Shown piece after piece: positions 32,741 through 41,958 of a DNA stretch of 64,000 bases (positions within the stretch are counted from its first letter, which is position 1; each line of letters starts with the position of its first letter). The stretch comes from Alphaproteobacteria bacterium (GTDB lineage Bacteria > Pseudomonadota > Alphaproteobacteria > Rhizobiales > JAKIUO01). Below the pieces are notes generated by a model that was given only the letters and a program-made list of their open reading frames with translations, had not been told where the DNA came from and made no database searches. The DNA is taken from positions 1,128-65,127 of the forward strand of contig JAJRQA010000047.1 of the NCBI GenBank assembly GCA_024280475.1, read 5' to 3'. Made by a program: the position numbers and the translations under genes.

Positions 32741-34564
32741 CTACAGCGCTTTGGTAGAGCGTTTCAACCACTTACGTTCTTTATCTGTTTCAAGATGGGG
32801 GGAAATAAGGCGATGAACCTGCTTGTGATAGTCATTTAACCATGAGATTTCGAACCGATCAAGCAGATCTGTGTCGATCAGCGAGCTATCCAGTGGCACC
32901 ATTGTGAGGGTTTCAAAACCAAGCATGGGGCGCTCGCCGCCTGTTGGCTTTTGCTCTGGTGTGACGAGCACCAGATTTTCTATTCTGATGCCATAGCTAC
33001 CGGTTTTATAAAATCCGGGTTCATTGGATACGACCATGCCGGGTGCAAACGGCGTCATGGCGGCTTTCGAAATACCCTGCGGGCCTTCATGCACCCCTAG
33101 AAAAGCACCAACACCATGGCCGGTGCCATGATCGTAATCGAGTCCGGCTTTCCACAGGGCCATACGCGCCAGTCCGTCCAGGTCAACACCCCTTGTGCCT
33201 TTTGGAAACCGGCTGGTGGCAATGGCAATATGCCCTTTGAGAACCAGCGTAAAATGGCGGCACATCTCGCGGCTGGCCTTGCCAATGGCAACGGTACGGG
33301 TGATATCGGTGGTGCCATCGAGATATTGGCCACCCGAATCAACGAGAAACAAAGAGTTTTTTGTGAACGTCTTGTTGCTTTGCTCATCGACCCGATAATG
33401 CACAATGGCTCCATTGGCGCCAGAGCCAGAAATGGTCTCAAAGCTCAAATCCCGGAGTTGCCCGGTCTGCATGCGAAATGCTTCAAGTTTGCGAGCAGCT
33501 GTGATCTCGTCAATGTCTTTGGCAGCTTTGGTATCAAGCCAGCATAAAAACCGGCTCACCGCCACGCCATCGCGAATATGAGCCGCGCGCGTGCCGTCGA
33601 TCTCGGTCTTGTTCTTAATAGCCTTGGGCAGCGTACAAGGGTCGGCGCGATGCACAATCTCCAGTTCGCTTTGTTCCTGGAGCCGATCATTAAACCAGCA
33701 CGAGGTTTTGGCGGGGTCGATAGCGATGCGGCTCTTGCGGGCACCAAGTGCTTCAAGGCGTTGCGCCAGCTTGCTCATGGGAGAGATCCGCACGTCTTTA
33801 CCAAGTTTTTCTTTCACCACCTTGCCAAGTTTTTGTGGATCAATCATCAGCTCTGGTTTTTTGCGGGCATGCAGGATTGCGTATGAAAGTGCTAGCGGTG
33901 TATGCGGCACATCCTTGCCCCTGATATTAAACAGCCAGGCGATGGAGGCTTGGTCGGTCAACAAACACGCGTCGAGTTTTGCGTTGACCAGCTCTTTTTG
34001 CAAAACGGCGATTTTGGCACTGGCTTTTTGACCGGCATATTTGACGGGATGCAAAGAAACCGGCGTTAGCGGCTGCGCGGGCCGATCAGCCCATATGAGA
34101 TCCAGGGGGTTTTCGTCGAGCGCCACAAACAGGCAGTCAGGGTTTTTACGAGCAACCAGCTTGCGCATGTTTTCTATTGTTTTCAATGTCATGAGGCGCG
34201 GGTCATAGCCGATACGTGTTTTCCCCTTGACGTTTTGCACGATCCAGTCGGCTGGCTTGTTGTGCGGCACCTGCAAGGGTTCAAACAGATCCATATCCAC
34301 TTCATTTGTCACCTGAAGCGTGTAGCGGCCATCTATAAAAATGGCGGCCTTGTTGGCAAGGATAATGGCCATGCCGGCTGATCCGGCAAATCCTGTCAAC
34401 CAAAGCAGACGCTTGTTGCAGGCTGGCAGATATTCGTTTTGGAATTCGTCACCATGAGGGACGATGAAGCCATCGAGCAACAATCCCTGGAGCTGCGTGC
34501 GCAATTTTTTCACACGATCAGGGGTGGCGCTTGTCTCAGATTGTCTGGAATAGGATTGATACAT
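32741..34564 (-). CDS. pepP: aminopeptidase P family (M24B Xaa-Pro aminopeptidase)
   Basis: 607 aa. Metal-ligand motifs DSGGQY, HGTGHGVG, SNEPGFY and IRIENLV. N-terminal creatinase-like domains. Confidence 0.85.
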   Translation of the reverse strand: MYQSYSRQSETSATPDRVKKLRTQLQGLLLDGFIVPHGDEFQNEYLPACNKRLLWLTGFAGSAGMAIILANKAAIFIDGRYTLQVTNEVDMDLFEPLQVPHNKPADWIVQNVKGKTRIGYDPRLMTLKTIENMRKLVARKNPDCLFVALDENPLDLIWADRPAQPLTPVSLHPVKYAGQKASAKIAVLQKELVNAKLDACLLTDQASIAWLFNIRGKDVPHTPLALSYAILHARKKPELMIDPQKLGKVVKEKLGKDVRISPMSKLAQRLEALGARKSRIAIDPAKTSCWFNDRLQEQSELEIVHRADPCTLPKAIKNKTEIDGTRAAHIRDGVAVSRFLCWLDTKAAKDIDEITAARKLEAFRMQTGQLRDLSFETISGSGANGAIVHYRVDEQSNKTFTKNSLFLVDSGGQYLDGTTDITRTVAIGKASREMCRHFTLVLKGHIAIATSRFPKGTRGVDLDGLARMALWKAGLDYDHGTGHGVGAFLGVHEGPQGISKAAMTPFAPGMVVSNEPGFYKTGSYGIRIENLVLVTPEQKPTGGERPMLGFETLTMVPLDSSLIDTDLLDRFEISWLNDYHKQVHRLISPHLETDKERKWLKRSTKAL

Positions 34565-34995
34565 AATAAATTAATAGGGACTTGCGGGGGGAAGTTCAAC
34601 CGCAGAAACCAAACTCTATATATTCAGCGTATATTCAAGGTATGTGATATTTGCATACCAGCTTTGCGCGTTCTGATCTAGCTCGCTTTTTGGCTCGATG
34701 TTATCAGGTTGGCAAGGAAGCAGTCATAGGTCTGACAAATGTCATTGTAAACGAGCACAGGCCAGCCAACGAGATGCAAGGAACTAGAAATGTTACTTTC
34801 ACAAAATGTCACGAAACCCCGTACAGCTCGTGTTGATAGTAAGCAGGTTTGCGCAAGAGGATGGCAGGATTACATGCTGGAGATCCAATATTTTCTAGGT
34901 GACGCTCGCGTTACGGCCTGTCTACAGGATATGACAGGTTTGCAGCTTGAAAAACTCGGCCTGTCCAGCGGTGACCTGCGCAAGGCCCGGGCGCG

Positions 34996-35889
34996 CTAGC
35001 GTTTTTGCAGGATCAAAGTCATCCACTCATCAAGGGGTAATCGTTTAACGAGTGTAAAACCCTGGCCACGATAGCGTGCCTCGATTGTTCGAGATTGTGT
35101 GCGTAACAGGCCAGACAGAATCAAGTGGCCGCGCGTCTGTATGGCGTTCTTGATGTCAGGGGCCATTTGCAGCAGTGGTTGCGCTAATATATTGGCGATC
35201 ATCAGATCATATGGGGCTTTTTTTTGCAGGGCGCTATGATGAAGACCATCCGCCTCAATCACCATCAAGAGTGGTCCGACCATATTAAGAGCGGCGTTTT
35301 CCTTTGCGATCCGAACGCTAATGGGGTCAATATCGCTGGCCACTACCGAGCGGCCTAATATTCTGGCGCTCGCAATGGCCAATAGACCGGTGCCGGTACC
35401 AAGATCAAGCACATTGCTATAGCTATAGCTCTTGAACAGATGGTCAAGCGCCAGCAGACAGCCCCTTGTGGTGCCGTGATGAGCGGTGCCAAAAGCTTGT
35501 CCCGCATCGATTTCTATCTCCCCGGCCCGATGGCCCGCACGCCCGCGATCATGGCTGCCATAAATAAAATAACGACCGGCACGGATGGGGGACAGTCCAC
35601 TTTGCACGAGCGCCACCCAGTCCTCATCTTCCATTTTTGTGATGTCAATCGCGGGGAGGGGAGAAGCGCTTGCTTCCAGAAAAGATTTAATCTCATTTAG
35701 ATCAGGGCGCGTCTGGTAATAGGCGTCCAGCGCCCAGATCAGGGGATCATTGGTTTCATGGGTTGAAATGGCAGGAGGGTCGATTTCATCCATCTGCGCA
35801 AGCCGATCAGCCAGCTTTGATGTCAGATCAAACGGGGAGACGAGATGCAGGCGGTAGGTTGTTGGAGAGCCGTGATCTGGTGAACTCAC
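34996..35889 (-). CDS. prmA: 50S ribosomal protein L11 methyltransferase
   Basis: 297 aa, GTG start. FGTAHHGTT and SAM motif VLDLGTGTGLLAIA. Confidence 0.85.
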   Translation of the reverse strand: MSSPDHGSPTTYRLHLVSPFDLTSKLADRLAQMDEIDPPAISTHETNDPLIWALDAYYQTRPDLNEIKSFLEASASPLPAIDITKMEDEDWVALVQSGLSPIRAGRYFIYGSHDRGRAGHRAGEIEIDAGQAFGTAHHGTTRGCLLALDHLFKSYSYSNVLDLGTGTGLLAIASARILGRSVVASDIDPISVRIAKENAALNMVGPLLMVIEADGLHHSALQKKAPYDLMIANILAQPLLQMAPDIKNAIQTRGHLILSGLLRTQSRTIEARYRGQGFTLVKRLPLDEWMTLILQKR

Positions 35890-37283
35890 GTTTCTTCCTC
35901 ATATTCCATCCCGGTAGATTCTGTCTCGTCTGATGACAAAAGGGAGCGCCATTTTTCCTCCAGAATGGCACAGGCCTGGGCAGGGGGAACGGCGCTGATG
36001 ATATTATCGGCGTCCACTGTCAGCAATTGATCGGCATTGAGGCGCTTGAGCGCATCTTCGAGGTCGAAATCAACAATGACACCAAATTCGCGGGTCAGGA
36101 ATTGCTCGATCAACCCATCCAGTTTGCCATCCTCGCGCAGATCTTCTGGTGGCATGGGGTGCCGCAGCAAAAAGAAATAGGCCAGCATTTCTTCCTTGAT
36201 GTCTTCTTCTTCAGCGCGATCCACCAGCAGGGTCAACACGCCTCTATTATTGGCAAGGGAATGGAAAAACAGCCTTTGAGCCAGCATCATCATATATTTT
36301 GTACGGGTATTGAAGACGGTCATGACCTGGCGAAACAACAGGCCAACAACTCCTCCAATAGCAGCAAGCAGGCCCAAAGGGCTGGCTGTTGCAACAGCGG
36401 CCATGATTTTACTGGCCGCTCCTGCGATCCCGGCGATAGTGCCACCGCCCGCCGTGACACCCAGTTTGACCTTGTCAAACATGCGCAATTTGACCTGCGT
36501 GTTGGGAAACATCATTTCCATGTCTTCGCGCGGGATATTTTTAAACAATTTCAAATAGACGTGATTCCCCTCGGGGTCGTCGGGTAGGCCGTGGCGTTGT
36601 TTTGCATTGATCTTGCGTGCTTTCTTCTCGCTGACCTCTTCGCTTACCATGATCTCCCGCACGCGGACCTCAACGCTTTTTAGCTTGAGAAGCAAAAACA
36701 GGCGCTTATAGATCGGCACTTCAAATTCACGCGGTGACAGATATAGATTGTCTATCACACGTTTTTTGATGGTTTCATTTTCACGTCCACGCGCATAGAT
36801 CAACACTTCGTCGAATTCGCTCAGATCTACTTTGAGCTCCAGTCCATGCGCCGAATTGGCGGTCAGCAGCTCTTCGAGCCTCTCTGGCGTAATGACCTCA
36901 TAGTTGGCCTGGGTCATCAGCGTCTTGATTTCTGCGATCAGTCCGGTATTGAACTCCGCTAATTGCTCGGTGCTATATTGCGTAATGCGTTTGGTATCGC
37001 GGTCCGGACTGAAGGGTAAATAATACTGCTTCAGGCGCGCGGCCCGCTGCTGATAGGTCTGATGGCGCCAAACGGAGAGATAGCGAAACAGGTCCTTGCA
37101 TGAGCTGGTACTGTTGGCGACAAGGCCTTGCTTTTCCTCTTGAGCCAATCGCCGCATGAGCGCAAGACGACTGACGGGAATAAATTTTTCGCGGCGGAAC
37201 TCTGCTGTCTGGGGCGCTATTACCTCATTTGAGGAAGCAGGAAGACCGTCTGCAATCGTCAATTCAGGCGTGCTAATACTCAT
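35886..37283 (-). CDS. DUF3754/TMEM143-like membrane protein
   Basis: Soluble N-terminal region, then Gly/Ala-rich TM helices (GVTAGGGTIAGIAGAASKIMAAVATASPLGLLAAIGGVVGLLF) and NNRGVLTLLVDRAEEEDIKE. Family assigned from memory only. ATG at 37283; the track GTG is at 37295. Confidence 0.5.
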   Translation of the reverse strand: MSISTPELTIADGLPASSNEVIAPQTAEFRREKFIPVSRLALMRRLAQEEKQGLVANSTSSCKDLFRYLSVWRHQTYQQRAARLKQYYLPFSPDRDTKRITQYSTEQLAEFNTGLIAEIKTLMTQANYEVITPERLEELLTANSAHGLELKVDLSEFDEVLIYARGRENETIKKRVIDNLYLSPREFEVPIYKRLFLLLKLKSVEVRVREIMVSEEVSEKKARKINAKQRHGLPDDPEGNHVYLKLFKNIPREDMEMMFPNTQVKLRMFDKVKLGVTAGGGTIAGIAGAASKIMAAVATASPLGLLAAIGGVVGLLFRQVMTVFNTRTKYMMMLAQRLFFHSLANNRGVLTLLVDRAEEEDIKEEMLAYFFLLRHPMPPEDLREDGKLDGLIEQFLTREFGVIVDFDLEDALKRLNADQLLTVDADNIISAVPPAQACAILEEKWRSLLSSDETESTGMEYEEET

Positions 37284-37605
37284 AAATTGTCTCACTCATT
37301 GTCTCATGAAAAATCAAACAGGCTTAGTTCGTCCCCGCCAACGCAAATACTATAAGGGAAATGAAATCAAAATCCAGCTGTAACACCTGCAGGTCGAACG
37401 ACAAACGAGATCGACCATAACGCAAGAGCTCAAACAGATCCATAGTCACCACCAATTGTGGGCAGTAAAACAAGGCAGTTTCGTGATGATATGGAGATAG
37501 ATTTTTAAGCTGGAACTGGTCGTCTTCGAAACTTGGCTGTCAATTGGCTTGTCTCGTTGCGCCGATCTTTGCTGATCGATGCATGTGGGCGTTAAGGACA
37601 GTAAT

Positions 37606-37621
37606 TTAACGACTTGTTAAC
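37606..37621 (+). promoter_or_regulatory. CtrA-type binding box TTAA-N7-TTAAC
   Basis: TTAACGACTTGTTAAC read directly, a perfect match to the TTAA-N7-TTAAC consensus. Lies 280 nt upstream of the OmpA-family gene in a ~600-bp non-coding region. Confidence 0.4.
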
Positions 37622-37900
37622 GGCGCGGGGTTTCGTCTATTATCAGACAACGTTGGTATATTGCCAATCAGAACAGATGAATTCGACCGGCTAAATGGCC
37701 CAGACAAGAGGATTTATCGTTTGTTTTCCGTATATTTAAGCGAATTTCGCTTTTCTGAAAATGGAGACAACTGGTTCGTGATGATCAATTGAGCAAGGGT
37801 CCGCATTCCTTTTTATGGTTTTTGTGATTCTTGGTTGGATGGCTTTGTCTGGTCGCGCCAGACTTGGTCACAGCAGACAGATAATGAACGAGGTTGAACT

Positions 37901-39781
37901 ATGTGGAAGTGCAAACCCTATGGGTTATTATGGGGGCTTCCCTTGCTGGCGCTACTTTGGCTGCTGGTTTTTTTTGGCGAGCGGCGCAATATTGAGGCCG
38001 ACCTTGTCGAGCGGGTGACTACACGCCTTGAAAATGCTGGTCTCAGTTGGGCAAAGGTTGAATTTAGTGGCCTCAATGGTGTGATCAGTGGGATGGCCGG
38101 GGGCATAAAAGAGCAAGATGACGCTGTCGCCATTGCCGAGAAAACCTGGGGTGTGTGGGATATTTCTGAAAACATGGACGTCGTGCGTACTGCGTCCCCC
38201 TATCGCTGGTCGGCAAATATTGAAGGATCCAGACTGGTTCTGGAAGGCTATGTGCCAAGTCGCAAAGCTCGCAACGCCGTGAACACTATGGCCAAGGCAC
38301 AGTTTCCTGGCTTTGAAATCACTGACAAAATGGAGTTGGCATCGGGTGAACTTAATCGTCGATCCTTTATGGAGACGGTGGGCTTTGGCTTGAAACAGCT
38401 ATCGGGTTTCACTTATGGCCGCGTCGGGCTAAGCGATCGAAATTTCAGCATTGAAGGGCTCACCAAAGATGCCGCTTCTTTCAAGTCCTTGAAAGAAGCA
38501 TTGCGAGAAGATTTGCCATTGGATGCCAGGCTGGTCTCTAACCGGACCAAAGCGCCTGAGGTGGTTATTCCCCTCGCGTCGCCATTTAGTTGGAAGGCGA
38601 ACAAACAGGACAAGGTACTGCGCTTGTCAGGGCATGTTCATTCCGATGCACAAAAACGTGATATCATCTTCAATGCCAAGCGTGCCATGCCGGATCACCG
38701 GGTGATCGATAATATGGAGATTGCCCGCGGAACGCCTACTTCAAGACAGTGGAACCGTGCCACCAGTTTTGCCCTGCTGCAGTTGGCGAAACTGCAAAGA
38801 GGCATTGTGACGCTCGAAGATCTCGATTACATAATCACGGGACATGCGGCTAATCGCGGTGATTTCAACGATGTTGAGAGCGGGCTGACAAAATTACCTA
38901 ACGGTTTTCGCGTTGCCCGAAAACAGTTGACTGCCCCCGAAACCAAACCAGAGGTCAAGCCAATTGTACCTTATGTCTGGCGCGCTGATTTTCACGCCAA
39001 ACGATTGACCCTGTCTGGTAATATTCCCGATAAAAAGACCAGAAGAGCCATTAAGCTTCAGGCCAAACGCCATTTTCCCAGAACCGATATTCTCGACAAG
39101 ATGGAAGTCGGCCCTGGCGCTCCAGAAAATTGGAGTGAGGCGACCAACTCATCGCTTTCGCAGCTGGCACGGCTGGACAATGGCAATGCCACAATCTGGA
39201 ACACCGAAATCGAGTTGCGCGGCAAGGCCACCAGCGTTGAACGCCGGGACGACATTCTGGAGCGGATGAAGAACGGTATTCCCTCCATCTATCAGTTTTT
39301 CGATGAGGTCAGGATAAAAGAACCTGCGTTCAAGCAGCCTGAAGTGTTTATCGATCAGCCAGAGGTCAGGCAATATCAGGACGAAGAATTTGTATCCACG
39401 GAAAGTCTTGACCGCACCGATTGCCAGTCCTATCTGAATTCGATCCTGTCCGGGGAAAGCATCCAGTTCTCACCTGCCAGCGCGAAATTTCGTAGCGACA
39501 GCTTCCCGGTACTGACCCGTCTTGCCCATACAGCCAATCGCTGTCGTGGAACCCGTATCGAGATTGTTGGTCACACAGATTCTGATGGCAGCCGCAAGTT
39601 TAACGAATTTTTGTCCCTGCGCCGGGCGCGCTCGGTGGTCAAATTTCTGACCAGTAAGGGGGTCTCGAAAGATCGCCTGAGCGCGGTTGGCTATGGTGAG
39701 GCACGGCCAATTTTACCCAATACGAGCGATGCCAATAAAGCAAAAAACAGACGTATTGAGTTCAAGGTCAAAGAATTCTAA
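37901..39781 (+). CDS. OmpA/MotB-domain protein with three tandem N-terminal modules
   Basis: GAGG SD. N-terminal TM or signal sequence, three ~125-aa internally similar modules, and a C-terminal OmpA-like peptidoglycan-binding domain (IVGHTDSDGS..NEFLSLRRARSV..GYGEARP..NRRIEFKV). Confidence 0.8.
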   Translation: MWKCKPYGLLWGLPLLALLWLLVFFGERRNIEADLVERVTTRLENAGLSWAKVEFSGLNGVISGMAGGIKEQDDAVAIAEKTWGVWDISENMDVVRTASPYRWSANIEGSRLVLEGYVPSRKARNAVNTMAKAQFPGFEITDKMELASGELNRRSFMETVGFGLKQLSGFTYGRVGLSDRNFSIEGLTKDAASFKSLKEALREDLPLDARLVSNRTKAPEVVIPLASPFSWKANKQDKVLRLSGHVHSDAQKRDIIFNAKRAMPDHRVIDNMEIARGTPTSRQWNRATSFALLQLAKLQRGIVTLEDLDYIITGHAANRGDFNDVESGLTKLPNGFRVARKQLTAPETKPEVKPIVPYVWRADFHAKRLTLSGNIPDKKTRRAIKLQAKRHFPRTDILDKMEVGPGAPENWSEATNSSLSQLARLDNGNATIWNTEIELRGKATSVERRDDILERMKNGIPSIYQFFDEVRIKEPAFKQPEVFIDQPEVRQYQDEEFVSTESLDRTDCQSYLNSILSGESIQFSPASAKFRSDSFPVLTRLAHTANRCRGTRIEIVGHTDSDGSRKFNEFLSLRRARSVVKFLTSKGVSKDRLSAVGYGEARPILPNTSDANKAKNRRIEFKVKEF

Positions 39782-39815
39782 TTCAGCAATCGATGCGATA
39801 TGGGAGTGACGAGAG

Positions 39816-39914
39816 ATGATGTATTTACTGGTAAAGCTGTGGCCATATCTGGCACTGGCGTTCCTGATTGGGCTTGCCATCTCGTGGATTACGTGTCGTT
39901 GGGAAGAGGACTAG
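39816..39914 (+). CDS. candidate 32-aa single-TM small protein
   Basis: ATGATG start with GGGAG/GAGAG upstream. MMYLLVKLWPYLALAFLIGLAISWITCRWEED. Below the ORF-track length cutoff. No homology evidence. Confidence 0.3.
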   Translation: MMYLLVKLWPYLALAFLIGLAISWITCRWEED

Positions 39915-39999
39915 AAGATAGCAATGTCCGCGCTCTTGAACCGGACATGCGAATTTTCGCACAAGAAAATATGATAAAGAACTGCAGAAAGCTGACGAG

Positions 40000-40908
40000 A
40001 TGAGTACTTTTATTCTTCAATCCCTGTTCCTGATAGCAGTCACCTATTTTTTAGGTGCTATTGTCGGCTGCTGGATGCGCAAGCTGTTCCAGAATTCTGC
40101 CAGCATGCTGCATCGCGCAAGTGAGAAGCAGGTGATCGAGCCTGCACTGGCGACAGTAGCCGTTGGAGCAGCTGCGGCTGTGGGTGCGACAAGATTTGCA
40201 GGCGAAGAAGGCGAGGCCAGTATTGAAATCAAGCGGCCTGACGTGCCGCCGGTCGAGCAACCCGTCTATGTCGCTCCGATCAAGGTGCCAGTAGAGCGCG
40301 AGACCATTTCTCATGTTGATCCCGTGCCCGCAGTGACGACTGAAGAAACCATTGTTCCAGCGGTTGAGGAGGCAGTCGCTACACCGGTCAAGGATTTGCC
40401 AGCGGATGATTTGACAGAAATAAAAGGCATTGGTCTGCCGGTAGCACTTGAGCTCAAAAGAATTGGTATCACGCGTTTTGAGCAAGTCGCGCGCTGGAGT
40501 GAAAAGGACATCGCTGAAATTTCCGATAAACTTGGGTTTTCAGGTCGTATCGAACGCGAAAACTGGATGGCTCAGGCGCAGATTCTGGCAACGGGAAATG
40601 AGCTGGAATTTACCACCCATCAGTTGACGCAAGCCGAGCAAAACACCTCTTCAAGGGATATTGGCAAGCTAATCAGTGACGCCAATAGTGCGCAAGACAT
40701 TGGTGGCGATGATCTGACGCGGATCGTTGGTATTGGCACCATTATTGAAGCCCAGTTGAAGCAGATCGGTGTGACCAGCTTTTCACACATTGCCAATTTG
40801 AATGCGGACGAAGTCGCCGCTATTGGTCGTCGGCTTGGTGTCGCCGGGCGCATCGAAAGTGAAAACTGGGTGGAGCAAGCAAGAAATCTGGACACCACCA
40901 CCACGTGA
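40000..40908 (+). CDS. membrane-anchored protein with two helix-hairpin-helix (HHH_5-like) repeats
   Basis: N-terminal TM (FILQSLFLIAVTYFLGAIVGCW), an Ala/Val/Pro-rich linker, then two ~60-aa repeats: DDLTEIKGIGLPVALELKRIGITRFEQVARW..GRIERENWMAQAQ and DDLTRIVGIGTIIEAQLKQIGVTSFSHIANL..GRIESENWVEQAR. Confidence 0.55.
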   Translation: MSTFILQSLFLIAVTYFLGAIVGCWMRKLFQNSASMLHRASEKQVIEPALATVAVGAAAAVGATRFAGEEGEASIEIKRPDVPPVEQPVYVAPIKVPVERETISHVDPVPAVTTEETIVPAVEEAVATPVKDLPADDLTEIKGIGLPVALELKRIGITRFEQVARWSEKDIAEISDKLGFSGRIERENWMAQAQILATGNELEFTTHQLTQAEQNTSSRDIGKLISDANSAQDIGGDDLTRIVGIGTIIEAQLKQIGVTSFSHIANLNADEVAAIGRRLGVAGRIESENWVEQARNLDTTTT

Positions 40909-40952
40909 GTCTATGACCAAGGTTGAGATAGATTGAGGTTAAGGAGGGCTAT

Positions 40953-41954
40953 ATGTCTGGATTTGGTTGGAAGCAGGTTGTGACCTGCGCAGTGATTGTT
41001 GGAGCTTGCTCCTTGAATTTGAACTCTTTTTCTTTTGTTGCCTTTGCCAAATCAACAGCCAAAACGCCCTCAGCTTCTTCGTCTGCAGATTATGTTGCTG
41101 ATACGAATGTCGGTCGGTCCCTTGAAGCTCCGGTTAACCGGCGACCGGTCGCCGAAAAATTCTGGTGGAGCGATGACTGGTATCTCAAGGGCAAGCTGAA
41201 TATTCCGGTCAATCATGACGTTGTTGAGCGCGCCACCAGCTACATCAACCCAGTTGATGGCACCGAAGTCCCCGCCATTTTGTATCGTCCCAAAGCCAAG
41301 GGTAAATTCCCGGCTATTTTGTTTCAACATGGGCGGCGCGGTCTGGATGAGCTGGTGCAAAGATTACCAAGACGCCTTGCTGCGCGCGGGTTTATCGTAT
41401 TGGCTCCCAACGTCTATGACGCTAGGTTCATCGAAAAACTACCGATGGAACATATGACCGAGACCGAGGGTGATGTGGCCGCTGGTATTGATTTTTTGCT
41501 CAAACAACCAGATATTTCAACGTCAAAGATCTGTCTTTATTCCCATACGCGCGGGGGGTATTACACCTTGCAGGCGGCCGTTAAATTCAAGCATCAGCAA
41601 AAAAATGTTGCTTGCTACGCCTCATCATATCCGCATTGGCAAAACCCCAATGCGGTGGAACCAGCGCAAGTCTATCGCTATGCCAGTGAGCTTGATCGCC
41701 TGACTATCCCGACGATGGTTTTCATCGGCGAATATGAGCAATATCAGCGCCGCCGCTCCATTGAAACTGCCGTCAAGTTCATGAAGAAGGCCGGGCGCGA
41801 CATCAAGCTGGTGATCTATCCAGGCGTTGGACGCGGATTTGATTTTCGCCCGCCATGGGTACGCACTTTTGCTGATGACCTGGCCACCAAGGATCAAATT
41901 GTGCGGCTGGACGCGTTCTTTCGCACTCACCTTGGCAAGGGGCAAGTGAAATAA
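40953..41954 (+). CDS. secreted alpha/beta hydrolase (dienelactone hydrolase-like)
   Basis: AAGGAGGG SD and a signal peptide. PAILFQHGRRG..GFIVLAPNVYD and ICLYSHTRGGY resemble DLH-family blocks. Confidence 0.55.
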   Translation: MSGFGWKQVVTCAVIVGACSLNLNSFSFVAFAKSTAKTPSASSSADYVADTNVGRSLEAPVNRRPVAEKFWWSDDWYLKGKLNIPVNHDVVERATSYINPVDGTEVPAILYRPKAKGKFPAILFQHGRRGLDELVQRLPRRLAARGFIVLAPNVYDARFIEKLPMEHMTETEGDVAAGIDFLLKQPDISTSKICLYSHTRGGYYTLQAAVKFKHQQKNVACYASSYPHWQNPNAVEPAQVYRYASELDRLTIPTMVFIGEYEQYQRRRSIETAVKFMKKAGRDIKLVIYPGVGRGFDFRPPWVRTFADDLATKDQIVRLDAFFRTHLGKGQVK

Positions 41955-41958
41955 GCGA

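Noticed and set aside
39800-40003. 67-aa ORF between the OmpA-family and HHH-protein genes.
   Set aside because: No SD and an implausible composition. The 32-aa TM ORF in another frame (39816-39914) and the ATG at 40000 explain the region better.
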